From: Candidatus Rifleibacterium sp.
GTDB taxonomy: Bacteria; Muiribacteriota; Ozemobacteria; Ozemobacterales; Ozemobacteraceae
NCBI GenBank assembly: GCA_035352635.1
Contig: DAOPYA010000004.1
Span: forward strand, 3,733-67,732
DNA length: 64,000 nt
Reading direction: 5' to 3'
Below are positions 20,701 to 29,248 of this stretch, in pieces (the stretch's first letter is position 1; the number at the start of each line of letters is the position of its first letter). The notes beneath the pieces are model-generated. The model ran no database searches, was not told where the DNA came from, and saw only the letters and a list, made by a program, of their open reading frames with translations. A program made the translations under genes and the position numbers.

Positions 20701-21632
20701 TCCCATGGATTGACCAGATAAGCATAGCAAGTGCCTACCGGAACACTGACTCTGCAAAGGGTTCAAAACCGGTTACCACCGTCTTAAAAGAAGTTAATTC
20801 TGCCCAAGCAACGTTTCTTGGCCGCCCGATCGGCATATTTGCCGGCATGCAACTCAATATTCCAAGCTTCAATCAATTCATTGACCCAGCAAATTTCTTC
20901 TGCTGCAACGAAAAACCACCGGCACCAATGCAAAAAACACGACGGCACTACAGTTTAAAGCATGCAACCCGGCGAATTCAGCCCGAAAACGTGATACTCA
21001 ATTACTCAGAATACAGCCTGCAAAGTGCACCCGGTGCAACCTTACCAATGGATCCCCTGCATTGGATAATTCTGATGCGCAGTTTTATCAGTGCCAGGCC
21101 ACCGGCCCTCGATTACCAGTTTGCGGCCACCTGCGCAACAAAAACTTCTTCGCCAACCCATGGCAAACCCTTTAATACCAGTTTCCCGGCATCTTTTAAC
21201 CATGTCGGGGATGCCCCCCTTACAGGTCATCTCAATCAGGATGCGCAGCAGACCATGCCTTTGTGCCTTGCCAGCCTGACCGCGAATTTTTATGCCCTGC
21301 CGCTAAGATTAACCAGGTCTGAGATTGCAGCACCTGAAATACTTGACGAAAAATTTGCCCAACTGGTTCACAAAGCGGTTTTTTCGGCACACCATGAAAC
21401 GGGAACTCTTTTTGAATTGCATCGGAAAAGCATGTTGCTGCCGGCAGCCACAGATCATTATACGTTGGCAACGCTCGCATGCGCCACGCACATCCCCGCC
21501 TTTAAAATTTCTGCCCGGCGTGCCCCGTTTATTCCAGATGCGCGTCTCAATCTAGCGCCCGCTGGCTACAAACATGCCAGTCTGCCCGACTGGATTGACA
21601 GCCACCACGAAAGACCTGGCCTCAATCAATGA
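17700..21632 (+). CDS. Giant protein (1310 aa), extremely basic Arg/Pro/Ser/Thr/Ala-rich, unknown function
   Basis: The ATG overlaps the upstream TGA (ATGA), suggesting translational coupling with the 1196-aa ORF. A 3.9-kb frame with no stop cannot plausibly arise by chance at this GC. Codon preference (ccg, gcc, acc, ctg) matches the genome. No recognisable domain. Very few acidic residues. No long repeats. Confidence 0.55.
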   Translation: MTLKIPFRYFLPVLDAPAKRPGKKVFVTRRPISLAGKPLLAEKHLPVQPSFSLAARKCYATTVAALFKQAKSIARKTRFKPDFSFIKYEPLVFENARSGFFSTPGLPDPERWAGHIIEPATGLKHSGQSERLAISVDTNPHLAFTIADHPDPENILSGFLQRFSEPVMLPSPNEKIGLSGQETFIEPVTATPCPARLINLAIFESRKKFICRRPSLNQTFSFAGAEHNFTLFWPEVSFALAPANQKPLKDLTEPDYSLFRSQKFIGFGFFLKLDRAKNGPEREILANFLLESKIVFSPVCDNLIHSSIGTPHQSSCLQDSRGNLTPKFKSEASSIPLRGLPSYLPADIKISGARKATMSLCLPPARPANLCRTHARHGNFQIADHACRLKLRLKLRRMNPSAPDTRLKVMVPAVSLRPATRPTGFLQASYKEIRSKNPICKSFEHSDASIGRPPANDFHQKRSQFYIRAARHAQYTLRLLKNIFTANQHRASNQVMLNHMLTAMPELTSTAKKLRQPAAFNPFSTKLSLTASPASKIVSSTVALAERKLPLSLLAGRACFNDICTPEQPKKIATVTTQSANLHHETHAKRTRTLRMLRFKLHPVSTANLSYRNSPARSIGCARISAAIISRRAQKVNLPAGETMAIKLRDRQLQARHRLRLRKVALKIDLPGQIKPNMTLLLGIEGTDAPTTLCQKHFVYPSIWKRKQRSFNCRLSLLPHPFGFPDFCFSENVFSCLVKPVALTIPLPARQKAMLTGSFVIKREKIFLPPLSMKAPRRLLYSLSMPHELKEIFRAPRLITTTQLQPAPVIGSFTHTWLCNPNPRKISADTGMRMTRTRRHKSSSFVMPDRVIKSHTFLETAEAPSWLELPLIKRMLLRARRFATTRQSANFCPVNGPTSQRFLPAIALPAIAKPLQRLNLAGFSLFTPVARHFLHCWPLVDRLRCPVDDGNRMRLRSYRFPWHPEMPPTGQHSLSFSDRPSSNQTHSLDFADEVRAASFFFPWIDQISIASAYRNTDSAKGSKPVTTVLKEVNSAQATFLGRPIGIFAGMQLNIPSFNQFIDPANFFCCNEKPPAPMQKTRRHYSLKHATRRIQPENVILNYSEYSLQSAPGATLPMDPLHWIILMRSFISARPPALDYQFAATCATKTSSPTHGKPFNTSFPASFNHVGDAPLTGHLNQDAQQTMPLCLASLTANFYALPLRLTRSEIAAPEILDEKFAQLVHKAVFSAHHETGTLFELHRKSMLLPAATDHYTLATLACATHIPAFKISARRAPFIPDARLNLAPAGYKHASLPDWIDSHHERPGLNQ

Positions 21633-21882
21633 TGATTTTTCCAAAGGCTCATTGAATATTTTAAAGCAATGCGGCTGACAGGCCGCGCCATCGACAGCAA
21701 TTCTCGGTGAGTTTTGTAACTCGCATCAAATGCCACTTGTGCTTTACAAGTTGTCTTTTAAAATGGGCAACTTCGGCCTATCAGCCGGGCTGCTTTTGAC
21801 CGAGAATGACTACGCCTCAAATCGGTGCGAGACACTTGATGCGTTCTTATATAAAATACTTGTTGATTCATCGCCTCATGCG

Positions 21883-21911
21883 TTGACTTGCATGGTTAAA
21901 GGCATTAGAAT
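21883..21911 (+). promoter_or_regulatory. Sigma70-like promoter for the PP2C/coiled-coil/TPR operon
   Basis: TTGACT, a 17-nt spacer, then TAGAAT. A GGGAGA Shine-Dalgarno follows 7 nt before the ATG at 21940. It lies in a 300-nt intergenic region after the giant ORFs. Confidence 0.4.
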
Positions 21912-21939
21912 GCCGTGAGTTGCAAGTGGGAGAAAAGAA

Positions 21940-22734
21940 ATGAGTTTTTATACCCTTAGTGATAAAGGCAAAGTTCGCCCGAACAATGAAGACTATGCCG
22001 AGAGTATGTCTTTGATCTTGTGCGGGCCAGCAGGTAACCAGATTGAACTGACGGCCCTGATCCTGGCCGATGGAATGGGTGGCGCAGCGGCCGGTGAATT
22101 TGCTTCGATGCTGGCCGTGCAGACAGTCAAAGAGAATCTGGTTCGCAACCTCTTTGAAAAACAGCCCGAAGATCTTTTGAATACAGACAAAACGCTGCTT
22201 CTTGAAGAATGGTTTCAGGGCGCCAACCTGGCAATCTTTAAAGAAGCCAGTCGGAATGCCGAAAAAGAAGGCATGGGCACCACAATTGTCGGGGGGATCA
22301 TCTACCGCAATGGCATGGCCCTCGCTCATGTCGGCGACAGTCGGGGTTACCGGTTTCGCGAAGCGGCCCTGACGCCGATCACCAAAGACCACTCACTGGT
22401 CCAGGAATTTATCGACATGGGTCGGATAACCCCCGATGAAGCCTTTGTGCACCCTCAACGCAACGTTATAACCCGCGCCCTCGGGATTGGCGACTCGGTC
22501 AAGGTTGACCGCAAGAACCTGCCCCTGGAATACGGCGATCTGATTCTCTTCTGCACTGATGGCCTGTGCGGCTACGTCGAGCATAAAGACCTTGAAGAGA
22601 TTGTTAACAGCGAGTACAAACCTGATGGCACCGACCTGAAAAAGCTTGCTGAACTCCTGGTTAAAGGGGCCTGTTTGAACGGCGGCGGTGATAACATAAG
22701 CGTCTGCCTGTATCAGCACCTTCAGAAGTTTTGA
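21940..22734 (+). CDS. PP2C-family Ser/Thr protein phosphatase
   Basis: The metal-binding motifs ADGMGGAAAGEFAS and DGLCGYV are present. The size (264 aa) is typical of Stp1/PrpC-type phosphatases. Confidence 0.75.
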   Translation: MSFYTLSDKGKVRPNNEDYAESMSLILCGPAGNQIELTALILADGMGGAAAGEFASMLAVQTVKENLVRNLFEKQPEDLLNTDKTLLLEEWFQGANLAIFKEASRNAEKEGMGTTIVGGIIYRNGMALAHVGDSRGYRFREAALTPITKDHSLVQEFIDMGRITPDEAFVHPQRNVITRALGIGDSVKVDRKNLPLEYGDLILFCTDGLCGYVEHKDLEEIVNSEYKPDGTDLKKLAELLVKGACLNGGGDNISVCLYQHLQKF

Positions 22735-22738
22735 ATAA

Positions 22739-24355
22739 ATGAAGCAACAGCTCGACAATTCCGAACCAGGCAGCCTGCCACAAAAACTTGAGGCTGTCAG
22801 GGATTACTTGCGTCACCTGCTGAAACTGGCAAGGGTTCTGCCAGAAACAGAAGAAAACAGTCAGTTGCTGAATAGCCTTGCCAGGCTTGGCGAGATTGAC
22901 TTTGCCACCCTGATCGACGAATCCGAAACTCTGATGCGGGTGGCTTCAAGCCCCTCTGACCTCGAAAAATTCCGCCAGGAAATCGATGTCAGGGAACAAA
23001 AAATATATGAATTCAAAATGAGTCTTGCCGACTCAGTTATCGATTTAAAAAATGCCCAGAAGGCTTCAATTACTGCGGGCGAACAAAGTGCTGCCCTGAA
23101 CGCCCAGGTCACGCAGATGCAGTTGCATACTAAAGAACTTGCCCTGCGCCTGGCCTCAGCCACTTCAAGCCTCGAAAAACGCGAGAGTGAACTCGAAGTC
23201 GCCCACCGCGAACTCGATGAACTGCGCAGCCGTTCATACCAGTTAAAAAGTCAGAATGTTGAATACGAGCGCCATCTGAAGTTCTCGGCCGAACAGGTCG
23301 AACAGGCTGAAAAAGAGCAGAAATCGGCATTTGCGATGCGCGAAAAGGCCGAAAAAGATCTCGAACATGTAATGACCAGCAACCGCGAAATGAAAAACTC
23401 GCTCGAAAACCTCGAAATGCGCGAACGCGAACTGGTAGAAACTATCGATGTTCTGCAAAAAGAGCGCAACCATTTGCAGAACCGCCTGAGCAGCCTTTTA
23501 ACTGGCTTCAACCGCACGGTTTCGCACAGTCAGTCCACTGGTTATGCCACACAAAACGCTGTGCTCGAACCGGCAATCCTCAACCCTTACCTGCCGTTCT
23601 GCTTTCCAGAGCGCTTACCCGCCGCAATTAAATTTCGCCGCGAAATAGATACAAGTTTTCCGGCTTCTTATTCGCGCAGGGTGCCCAAAGCCCCGCCGGT
23701 ATTTATAAGCCTTGCCAAACCTGCTTACCCTGGCAACGAGGCAATCAGATCGCAAAACCGTCCGCCACGCATCAAGCCGACACCCAAAAAAGAACTTGCC
23801 CTGGCGATGTTGCCATCAAGGCCAAGAAGGGTATTGATGCCCTACCAGGCCGCTTACAGCATCGATCAACTTGCCAGAGTTTCTGTTGAGTTTAAACAGG
23901 GTCAGCCGGCCAGGGTTGTCGCACTTAAGCAGATCTGGTGGCAGAAGACTGCGAAGCTTTATGGCATGAATATGAAAGCCGCGCATAATCATGCCTTTGC
24001 CATCATCAGTAACTCTTTCGATCTCTATTTACAGTTTTTGATTTCTACAATTGTCAGACAGAACGATATCCCCTCTGAATCAAGACTGGAACACATCTTG
24101 AACGGGAACAAAAAGAATCGTTCTGTCGAAAAGCTTGATCTGGCAATTAATTTTCAGGAAACACTTGCGTTCAGACACCGGTTGCAACTAAAATCCACTA
24201 AGCTTGAAGCACCCGGGGCAACTCTGCAGCAAAGCTTTAAACGCGGCAACAAGCTGAAATCAGTTCTTGAGACGTTCGGCAACAAGATCAGTTCAATAGT
24301 GAACCAATTAGAAAGTATCCCGAATTCGCGATCAGACAATGGCGAAAAACAATAA
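22739..24355 (+). CDS. Coiled-coil protein (N-terminal 250 aa heptad-rich, C-terminal Pro-rich region)
   Basis: Long Glu/Leu/Lys/Arg/Gln-rich segments (ELEVAHRELDELRSRSYQLKSQNVEYERHLKFSAEQVEQAEKEQK). It starts 5 nt after the PP2C stop. Confidence 0.55.
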   Translation: MKQQLDNSEPGSLPQKLEAVRDYLRHLLKLARVLPETEENSQLLNSLARLGEIDFATLIDESETLMRVASSPSDLEKFRQEIDVREQKIYEFKMSLADSVIDLKNAQKASITAGEQSAALNAQVTQMQLHTKELALRLASATSSLEKRESELEVAHRELDELRSRSYQLKSQNVEYERHLKFSAEQVEQAEKEQKSAFAMREKAEKDLEHVMTSNREMKNSLENLEMRERELVETIDVLQKERNHLQNRLSSLLTGFNRTVSHSQSTGYATQNAVLEPAILNPYLPFCFPERLPAAIKFRREIDTSFPASYSRRVPKAPPVFISLAKPAYPGNEAIRSQNRPPRIKPTPKKELALAMLPSRPRRVLMPYQAAYSIDQLARVSVEFKQGQPARVVALKQIWWQKTAKLYGMNMKAAHNHAFAIISNSFDLYLQFLISTIVRQNDIPSESRLEHILNGNKKNRSVEKLDLAINFQETLAFRHRLQLKSTKLEAPGATLQQSFKRGNKLKSVLETFGNKISSIVNQLESIPNSRSDNGEKQ

Positions 24356-24375
24356 ATGAAGACTCTGGAGGCCTT

Positions 24376-26514
24376 ATGAAACGCACTTATCTGCAGGATG
24401 AAGCCAATACCCACTATAATCTGGGTATAGCCTATTACACCAAAGGGCAATATGAACAGGCGATCAACGAGTGGGTTCAGTCACTGATCAAAAACCCCCA
24501 GAACAGCGAGGCGAGGTTCAAACTCGGCGTCGCCTACTATCAGCTGAATCGCATCGATGAGGCCCTCAAGGAATGGGAAATCGCGGTTTCACTTGATCCG
24601 CAGAACTACGAAGTGCTGCATAACCTTGGTATCGCCTATTACAACAAGGGCGAAGACATGCGGGCCATCGACTACTGGGAAAAATGCCTCGAAGTTCGCG
24701 GCCACGACCCCGAAATTCATTTCAAGCTCGGCATTGCCTACTATAACCTCGGCAAAGAAGACCAGGCCATCTCACTCTGGGAAAAAGCCGCCAACCTCAA
24801 CCCCGAAGACTCAGATATATTCTTCAGACTGGGGGTTGCCTATTACAACAAGGGCCTCGACGACAAGTCGGTTATTGCCTTCTCAAAAGCCATTGAACTG
24901 AACCCGAAGAATTCAGAATCACATAATAATCTGGCAATCGTTTTTTACCGCCTCGAAATGTATCAGCAGGCCATCGAAGAATGGAAAAAGGCGCTGTCGC
25001 TCAACCCCCGCCAGCCCGAAATCTTTAACAACCTTGGAAACGCCTACAGCAAGCTGAACCAGCACCGCGAAGCCATCGAGACCTGGCAAAAAATCCTCGA
25101 TATCACTCCCGACAGTTCAGAAGTGTATTTCAAGCTCGGATCCGCCTATGGCAAACTCGACGACCTGACCCGGGCCATCAGCAGCTGGGAAAAATGCATT
25201 TCTTTGAACCCGAACGATGTTGAAGCACACTTTAACCTCGGTGTGGCTCAGTATAACTCGGGCAATTTTCAGAAGGCGATCACCTACTGGAACACCGTCA
25301 GAGAAAAGCGCAGCGAAGACGCTGATATCTGCGAAAAAATCGGTAACGCCTACTGCGGTCTCGAAGACTTTGCCGAAGCCGCCAAGTTCTGGAACCGCGC
25401 CATTTCTTACGTCAGCGATGACCCGCAGCTGCACCACAAGCTTGGCATCGCTTATTCGAAGCTCAACAAAACCCAGGAAGCTATTTTCCAGTGGCAGAAA
25501 GCCATCGAACTCGACACCGACCATTTCGAAGCCCACCACAACCTGGGTATCGCCTTCTACAATCTGCAGCGCTTCGACGAAGCACTCACCGAGTGGGAAA
25601 AATCGAAAAACCTGAACCCGACCGACCCCGATCTGTTTTTTAAGCTCGGCCACGCCTACCGCCAGAAACGCCGCCTCGACAACGCGATCTTCAACTGGAA
25701 AAAGGCAATTGAACTTGACCCCAACAACCCAAATACCTATTTCGTGCTTGGCAACGCTTTTGACGAAAAAGGCCTGCTCGATGATGCGATTCTTTCGTGG
25801 CGTAAGGTTATCGAACTGGCTCCCAACGATGTTGATGCGCACAACAACCTTGGCATCGCATATTTCCAGAAGAATATGTTCGATCAGGCCATCTCAGAAT
25901 GGGAAGACGCCATCAGAATCACCCCCGAAAACGGTGAACTCTACAACAAGCTTGGCATCGCATACATCAAGATGGAACTGTTCGACAAGGCTGTAGAATG
26001 CTGGGAAAAGGCCCTCAAATACAAACCTGAAGATTCAGATATCCTCTCTAACCTTGCGACTGCCTACCACAACCGCGAAATGTATGACAAGGCCATCGAA
26101 ATCTGGAAACGCGTCATCAAATACAACCCCCAGGATTCAGAAGCACGCAACAAGCTTGGTATCGCCTATTACAACAAGGGTATGTATGATCAGGCCATTG
26201 AACTCTGGAAAAAAGCCATCGAACTCAACCCCAAAGACGCTGCCGCTTATTACAATATCGGCACCGAAGAGTTCGAAAAAGGCCGTATCAACGAAGCAAT
26301 CACCGCTTACATGAAAGTGCTCGAGATTGACCCGAAGTTCGTGCAGGTCTATTACAATCTGGCGATCATCTATGCTCGCAAACGCCAGTTCAGAGACGCT
26401 ATCGACACCGCCAGAAGATTTCTGCACACCAACCCGACCGGCGTCGAAGCCGACAACCTCAAAACCCTCATCGAACAGTGCGAAAAAGAAATGGAACAGG
26501 AAGCCGAAGTCTGA
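24376..26514 (+). CDS. TPR-repeat protein with about 21 highly regular tandem TPR units
   Basis: The 712-aa ORF is made of near-consensus 34-aa units (AIxxWxKAIELNPxxxEAxxNLGIAYYNxGxYDx) repeated head to tail across the whole protein. Confidence 0.85.
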   Translation: MKRTYLQDEANTHYNLGIAYYTKGQYEQAINEWVQSLIKNPQNSEARFKLGVAYYQLNRIDEALKEWEIAVSLDPQNYEVLHNLGIAYYNKGEDMRAIDYWEKCLEVRGHDPEIHFKLGIAYYNLGKEDQAISLWEKAANLNPEDSDIFFRLGVAYYNKGLDDKSVIAFSKAIELNPKNSESHNNLAIVFYRLEMYQQAIEEWKKALSLNPRQPEIFNNLGNAYSKLNQHREAIETWQKILDITPDSSEVYFKLGSAYGKLDDLTRAISSWEKCISLNPNDVEAHFNLGVAQYNSGNFQKAITYWNTVREKRSEDADICEKIGNAYCGLEDFAEAAKFWNRAISYVSDDPQLHHKLGIAYSKLNKTQEAIFQWQKAIELDTDHFEAHHNLGIAFYNLQRFDEALTEWEKSKNLNPTDPDLFFKLGHAYRQKRRLDNAIFNWKKAIELDPNNPNTYFVLGNAFDEKGLLDDAILSWRKVIELAPNDVDAHNNLGIAYFQKNMFDQAISEWEDAIRITPENGELYNKLGIAYIKMELFDKAVECWEKALKYKPEDSDILSNLATAYHNREMYDKAIEIWKRVIKYNPQDSEARNKLGIAYYNKGMYDQAIELWKKAIELNPKDAAAYYNIGTEEFEKGRINEAITAYMKVLEIDPKFVQVYYNLAIIYARKRQFRDAIDTARRFLHTNPTGVEADNLKTLIEQCEKEMEQEAEV

Positions 26515-26560
26515 TTCAGAACCATGCCAGAATCGGCATGTTGCCCGTTGTTTAAATAAA

Positions 26561-26607
26561 AAGCAGGTCTTACCCCCAAACATCTGGGCAAGACCTGCTT
26601 TTTTTAT
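26561..26607 (+). terminator. Rho-independent terminator after the TPR gene
   Basis: 15-bp stem AAGCAGGTCTTACCC / GGGCAAGACCTGCTT with one mismatch, followed by TTTTTTT. Confidence 0.6.
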
Positions 26608-26732
26608 GCACCAATGCGAGCGGGCGGCCGATCACAGGCCAACGACCTGCCCGCAAGATTTTTGCAAAATTGACGGAAATTCAACAAATACAGTAGAATA
26701 ACGATTCAATCCGGGTTTGAAATCAGAGGATT

Positions 26733-28808
26733 ATGATTACCAGCCGATTCGCCAGCAAGCTTTTAAACGACACCAGACGGGGTATTGCCCTGTTTCTGGT
26801 GGTCGGAATGGTTTTTATTACCTTTCTGCTCTTCTTTTTCATGTCGCTGTCAACCAGCCAGTTAAACTTCACGGCGCATCAGCACCTTGAAACAGAGCTT
26901 GCCACCCAGGCCGGCCGTGCCTTTGCCGATGCCTTCTGGGTTTTTGCCAAAGATGTTTTTCAGAACCGCAAAGGCTGCGAGCGAATCTACCCGCCAACAG
27001 GCACTCCCAGCCCGCTTTACCCATTCCGAAAAAATGAACTCGAAAAGATTGAGATCCGCATCACTGATTTTGAAAAGTCGGCAGAGATTCTTAAAGCTTT
27101 TAAAGAAATAGAAGAACAGCTGCCCGAGCTTGCCAGAACCACCGCCACCATGCATTTTAAAGTGCGCAGATTCTCTGATAGCTTCGCACACGGCGACCTG
27201 TGCCTCAATATCGCTTTCACTCTCAAAAAAATCGATTATTCTTTTGACTATTTTCGTGAGTTCAAGCTGATTCGCTGCCTGGCGCCAGTCGTGTCGAAGT
27301 TCAGCCTTTTTCTCAGCAACACCAGCGGCGGCAGTTCATATAACCGCATCTTAAAAAGCTTTCAGGATGAGCAGGGCCAGGAAAAGCCCTTCGTGGTTTT
27401 TAACAGTGAGAATTCTTTTGTGGCCGGCAGCACCGATACCTGGAAAAAATCCGGCTGGATATACCTCGGCGGCGCACCGGTCACCCTCAACCTCGACGGC
27501 ACCCACCCCTGCCGCAAAGAATCAGATTCATTCATATTCTGGCCGGGCCTTTATTCAGACAGTCTCAGCCAGGCGCTTCCCTACGCCTGTTCAAGTTACC
27601 TCAGCAATTCAAAGCTTCGGGTGCGATTCACACCCACCGGGGCGATGTCAGACTGGCAGAGCAGTGCCTTGATGAAAGATGTGCTCGGCGGGGTCAGCCT
27701 GCCATTTGTCGTTAAATCCAGTGTCATCAGGCTTTTTGGCAATCGCGACAAAATGACTCCCACAAAGGTTTTCGGCAAAGTGCTCACCAGCTATGTAATC
27801 TACTCAACCATGATCCTTGACCAGAACAATGATTCGGTTGCCGATTCCATTACCTCAACCCAGGGAATCGAGCAACGTGCCATTTTTCCGCTGCCCCGAC
27901 TTGGCAGCCCCGACCTTTTTAAACCGCCATGGTTTCCAAGGTTCGTAACCAGCAAGGGCTACGATCTGTTTCTTGATTCGGCCGGCGTCGGCGGCGTCCC
28001 TGAAAAAATGTCCGAGCTTTTTGCATCTTACAATGGCGGCAATCCCGACTACGTAGCCTACATGAGCAAACTGCTGCGTGATTTCACGCCCTCCAGCGGC
28101 ATCGAATCATACAACGCTCTTTACGACCAGATTTTCGAAGGGTCGTCTGAAACCACCGGCAAGAGCTTCCCCGCCCCACATGTGTTCCCCCAGGATGAAT
28201 ACCCCCATGATGGCAGAGACTTTGAAATGCCCCTCGATTATGCACGCCCCGAAAGCCAGTTCAAGGGCGACCTGCAAAAATTTGATCCCGGCAGCTTCTT
28301 TGCCGATCTTAATATTTATGGAAGAACTTACGCCGATGCCGATGACTTCTTCGCTAACAGCGATATAAAAGTTGAAACCGACCATTTCATAGTCAATGAC
28401 CCGATGGTTACAAAAGTTTCGGGGGCGCTTACCTTTGCAAAGCCTTTTATGGCCAATGCCCCAACCATAATCGTCTGCGACAACGACCTGACGGTTGCCG
28501 AGGTCAGCAAATCGACAAATGATTCAAAACTGACGCTTGTTTCGCTCAGTGGCAACATCAAAATCACAGGCAAACGACTCGATGGCGTCTGCCTCATCGC
28601 TCCCAAAGGCGAAATAATCTGGCAAGCCCCGGTGGAAATTTCCGGCAGTCTCTGCGCGGGCAACATTGCCCCGGCGACCTTTGGGGTTGGCGGCACCCTG
28701 ACCTGGGACAAAGGCCTTGATATCTCCAGCATTGAAACCGCCGCCAGGTCAGTTGCCATTCTTATCGGGCCTAACATTACTCTGGTCAGAAAAGCGGTTC
28801 AGCCATGA
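26733..28808 (+). CDS. Large GspK-like minor pseudopilin / pilus-associated membrane-anchored protein (691 aa)
   Basis: The N-terminus ...RRGIALFLVVGMVFITFLLFFF resembles GspK-type prepilin leaders (cleavage after Gly, no Glu5). The rest is predicted extracytoplasmic. The stop overlaps the start of the next pseudopilin gene (ATGA). Confidence 0.4.
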   Translation: MITSRFASKLLNDTRRGIALFLVVGMVFITFLLFFFMSLSTSQLNFTAHQHLETELATQAGRAFADAFWVFAKDVFQNRKGCERIYPPTGTPSPLYPFRKNELEKIEIRITDFEKSAEILKAFKEIEEQLPELARTTATMHFKVRRFSDSFAHGDLCLNIAFTLKKIDYSFDYFREFKLIRCLAPVVSKFSLFLSNTSGGSSYNRILKSFQDEQGQEKPFVVFNSENSFVAGSTDTWKKSGWIYLGGAPVTLNLDGTHPCRKESDSFIFWPGLYSDSLSQALPYACSSYLSNSKLRVRFTPTGAMSDWQSSALMKDVLGGVSLPFVVKSSVIRLFGNRDKMTPTKVFGKVLTSYVIYSTMILDQNNDSVADSITSTQGIEQRAIFPLPRLGSPDLFKPPWFPRFVTSKGYDLFLDSAGVGGVPEKMSELFASYNGGNPDYVAYMSKLLRDFTPSSGIESYNALYDQIFEGSSETTGKSFPAPHVFPQDEYPHDGRDFEMPLDYARPESQFKGDLQKFDPGSFFADLNIYGRTYADADDFFANSDIKVETDHFIVNDPMVTKVSGALTFAKPFMANAPTIIVCDNDLTVAEVSKSTNDSKLTLVSLSGNIKITGKRLDGVCLIAPKGEIIWQAPVEISGSLCAGNIAPATFGVGGTLTWDKGLDISSIETAARSVAILIGPNITLVRKAVQP

Positions 28809-29248
28809 CCAGGCAAAAAGCGGCACTGTCGATGGTTGAACTGCTGGTGGCAATCGCTGTGCTCGGCGGAGCTCTTTTGCCGATCTGGCACCTGCATTAT
28901 CAATCATCGAGACGCGTCGTCATTGGCGAAAACCAGACTCTGCTGAAAAACCTTTCGTTTGCTTTTTCAACACAGGTGAGAAGGCTAGACCCCAACCTGT
29001 TGCCTATAAACAGAGACTTTCAGCCGATCACACTGAACGAAACCGGTCTTTATCATCTCGGGGCTTCAGTGCTCAATACCGTCACCCTCCCTGACTGGAA
29101 CCCAGCAACCCTTTCGCTGAAATTTCAAATCAGAAAACTTAAAGCCCTGCCCCGCGAAAATCGCCTGGTGATACTAAAAATAACCTGGACCAGAAAAGAT
29201 GTCGGCCCGACAGATTTCCTCATTCCAACGCTGGTGTCACATGATTAA
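28805..29248 (+). CDS. Pseudopilin-like protein with a non-canonical prepilin leader
   Basis: N-terminus MTRQKAA|LSMVELLVAIAVLGG: Glu at +5 and a hydrophobic helix, but Ala instead of Gly at the -1 position. 147 aa. Confidence 0.5.
   Translation: MTRQKAALSMVELLVAIAVLGGALLPIWHLHYQSSRRVVIGENQTLLKNLSFAFSTQVRRLDPNLLPINRDFQPITLNETGLYHLGASVLNTVTLPDWNPATLSLKFQIRKLKALPRENRLVILKITWTRKDVGPTDFLIPTLVSHD

Noticed and set aside
17700-21632. Possibility that the odd 1310-aa ORF reflects an alternative genetic code or a mis-framed region
   Set aside because: All flanking genes, including ones with in-frame TGA/TAG/TAA-free bodies and normal stop codons, read cleanly in the standard code. No other frame opens up here. 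Codon preference in this frame matches the genome. Kept as a real but unusual CDS, with the frameshift/fusion alternative noted.
25117-25842. 241-aa minus-strand ORF inside the TPR-array gene
   Set aside because: It is an antisense frame kept open by the periodic repeat DNA. The sense strand encodes a canonical TPR protein.
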